Positions 61,063-64,000 of a stretch of DNA of 64,000 nt are shown here, piece by piece. The position numbers and the translations under genes were made by a program. This stretch comes from Laetmonice hystrix (taxonomy: Eukaryota). Under the pieces are notes generated by a model. The model was given only the letters and a program-made list of their open reading frames with translations. It was not told where the DNA came from and ran no database searches. Where the stretch lies: assembly GCA_965235115.1 (NCBI GenBank), contig OZ249436.1:22508001-22572000 (forward strand), read 5' to 3'. Each line of letters begins with the position of its first letter. Positions within the stretch are counted from its first letter, which is position 1.

Positions 61063-62195
61063 ATTCCTTTTTTGTCATTTCAACAATTTATTGGGGTCCA
61101 AAATAATGGGTAGGCTATTTGTATCAGAGCTATTTCTTATTTGATACCTTATTTTGTTACCGGGGCAGTATTAGATCTAGGACTAGGCTACAGATGAGAT
61201 GAGACACGAAGTAGATCTACCCGCGGGGCAGGTTCAGATGTAGATCTAGGGGTCTTTCATAGAACACAAATCGTCAAAAAAGGGGTCTTTTATGGAGATT
61301 TTTATTGTCACAGCTCCAAAAAGGGGGGTCTTTTATGGAGATTTTCATTGTCACAGCTCCAAAAAGGGGGGTCTTTGGCGCGGAAAGCCTAGGCCTATAG
61401 ATGGGCTGGCTATGAGATGACTGAGTTCTGGTAGCACTAACGTTACGTCATCATTGGCAGTGCGAGTTCACGTTACTCTTCCTAATATACTTATAACAAG
61501 GCATCAGCTTATATAATTATGAAGATCTACAAAATCTATACTGCTTCCTGCGTTGTTACTTGCTATTAAATGACAGTCTTATTTATTACTGAGTGGTGTA
61601 TTCGAGACGTACCTTTGACCCACTAACCTTGATATGTGATGCACCCTGACGGCCATGTGTGACGCATCGTTCCACTCTTTACCGCTAGATGTCGCTGCCT
61701 TACGACCTCGTCTGCCGGGTAGCGTAGCTAGCTAGCTAGCTAGCGAGGCTACAGACTAAGTTTTCAAAAACTTGCTTTTCCCCTCAAATATAACTATGTT
61801 GTATAATAGGCTAGTGGACTTTCTTATGTGCTTCACATAGGCCTACGGGACATGTGTATACCGGTCATGTTGCGTGTAAAAGGGGAGGGTTATCTAATAA
61901 TCTGGTTTCTATGGAAACAGAAATGTAACTAATTCCAAGAAATTGGCAAAATGAGACGGTTTATTGGTTACCATGGTAACCATATAATGAGCACACATGT
62001 AATTGGTTTGTTTTTGAAATGTCCTCTGTGAGTTCTTTCATTTGAGGTATCATGCGGCCAGATTAAAGCATTATTTCAGTTCAATCTGTGTGATTATTAT
62101 ATTGGTTCTCTGGGAATTTCTGCATTTCATAAGCGTTTGGCATGCTGCAGGGTTACCATGGAAACCAAATAAAATAATCTTCATTTCTTCATATA

Positions 62196-63365
62196 CAGTC
62201 AAACCTGGATAATCCGACACTGGACAATCCGACAAACTGAAGATCCGACACCAATTAGCATGAAACCAACGGATGACAGTACATTTTGCTTGAAATATCC
62301 GACATATTGAACTTCCGACTCCGACACCTAATTCCCCTGACCAAACATGCTAAACTGACTGTCAAAACACTCACTAATCCGATACCTGGCTTGGCAGGAC
62401 TGAGGTCCGACAATGGTTATCATAGGGAGCGTAAGTATGTCACGTCACAATGCGTGAATCGACGAGAAATGCGCTTTGGAGGCCCAAACTGGCGCCAGCC
62501 AAATTCCGGTTCCGTTCATTTAGCATTGGGAGGCCCATTGAAAAAACGTTCTAACTGATAACTCCAAAAATACTGTTCTCTTTGTTATCAAACTGACTAT
62601 ACATCAGAACCAACATCTCTTATGTCGGAAAAAATACATTTCATACTTAAGAAATATTTAATTGTCAAAAGAAAGGCCGATGTTTGGAGAGGTGTACGCT
62701 CGCCCTATGTTAAACCAGTGGGGGATTGTGACGTAACGGAAGTTGCATGTCGCCAGCGGTCTGACCCAGTTAGACCGAACCTCGTTTTCGGTCGCGAGAC
62801 TTACGCTCCCTATTCAACTCCTGTGTAAACGTGGAAGTTGCACCTCCTCCCCCCCCCCCCCAGTCATACCTCGCGACCCATAGTCGCACCTCGCGCCCCA
62901 CAGTCGCACCTCCCGCCCCACAGTCGCCCCTTCCACCCCACAGTCGCCCCTTCCACCCCACAGTCAGCATGCGTGCGCCTTATAAGGCCTCACACTAAAA
63001 CAGTCGGGCCCCAACTGAGTCTCATATTGTGTTTAATGCTTGGGCGCAAACTTGTCATGTGATGACTTGAGGACTTATATAGGCCCACTGTTCATGTACC
63101 TTCATTATTTTATGTAGCCTACATGTATAATATTATTAGAGTATGAGTATATAAATGAATTGACAGAACCTTTATGGTATTATTATAGTGTGGTCTACAT
63201 ATAGAATGCACTGCAATACCACTTTAGTCACTCGAACTAACAGCTCCCCCCCCCCACCTCCCCACCCCATCTTGGCCATCTGACCTAGATTCAACAGTCC
63301 GACATATTGAAGATCCGACACATTTTTTAAGAAACCAACATCGTCGGATTATCCAGGTTTGACTG
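62196..63365. mobile_element. Tc1/mariner (pogo/Tigger-like) MITE inserted in the Academ right TIR
   Basis: TIR CAGTCAAACCTGGATAATCCGAC / GTCGGATTATCCAGGTTTGACTG. The TA TSD is confirmed by the empty site in the left TIR (CTGGTATATGAAG, ~53498-53510). Confidence 0.92.
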
Positions 63366-64000
63366 TACCAGACATATGTCTGTCACATTACATGGAAAAA
63401 GGGTGAAATCTAATAGTATACCGTTACAATGGAAACTAAAATATGACCAAATCAACAAAAATTGTCAAAATGAGACGGTTTATCGGTTACCATGGTAACC
63501 ATATAATGCGTAGATATGGAATTAGTTACATTCTGAAATGTCCTTTGTGAGATCTTTCATTTGATGTGTCATACGGTCAGATCAAATCATATTTCAGTGA
63601 TGTATGATTAAATATATTGATTCTCTGGGAATTTCTTTCTGATTGAGCTAGCTAAGGTTTGTCGTGGTTACCATGGAAACAAAATAAAATAATTGCCATT
63701 TCTAATGTGCTTTAGGTACAAGACATGTGTACTGGTCAAGCTGCATGTAAAAATGGGAGGGCTATACATTATTCTGGTTACTATGGAAACTGAAATGTAA
63801 CCAATTCACCAAAAATGGTCAAAATGAGACGGTTTATTGGTTACCATGGCAACCATGTATTGAGGACAAATGTAATTACCTCATTTCTGGAATGTCCTCT
63901 CTGGGATCTTTCATTTAAGGTATGGCATGCCCAAATCGGAAAAGGGGTAGTTTTCTAGCAAGCAAAAATGTCATTTTTCTTGAGACCCCATAAATAGTGA

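Larger units (their letters stand above)
52693..64000 (-). mobile_element. Academ DNA transposon with ~1 kb TIRs; the right TIR runs past the window end
   Basis: Likely left end TAGTCTGGGAGCC at 52693. 52868-53739 is a near-perfect inverted copy of 61958-64000 once the 62196-63365 insert is removed. Intact transposase between the TIRs. Confidence 0.88.

Overview
This is eukaryotic DNA, most plausibly from a marine invertebrate (an inference from the TE families and the GT-AG introns). It is built almost entirely of nested transposable elements, and I recognise no host gene. From left to right: (1) 1-10011, a stack of non-autonomous Helentron/HINE-like elements carrying 145-147 bp tandem arrays and tRNA-like cassettes. 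(2) 10816-15837, a complete PIF/Harbinger transposon whose spliced transposase (+) and MADF/BESS-like gene (-) are interleaved in each other's introns. (3) 15.9-26 kb, nested MITEs. (4) 27641-~40615, a minus-strand CR1/L2-group LINE with three ORFs: ORF1 (coiled coil-RRM-CTD fused to a C-terminal NADAR/YbiA-like domain), a free-standing SGNH esterase ORF, and APE-RT ORF2. ORF1 is split by a 7.1 kb one-ended Academ insertion. (5) 41-52 kb, MITEs and decayed LINE/ISL2EU remnants plus a candidate structured RNA. (6) 52693 to the window end, an apparently intact Academ element with a ~1620 aa ORF and ~1 kb TIRs rich in RFX X-box-like palindromes. The best novelty candidate is the NADAR-bearing tricistronic LINE. 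All domain and family calls come from motif recognition by eye and need HMM confirmation.
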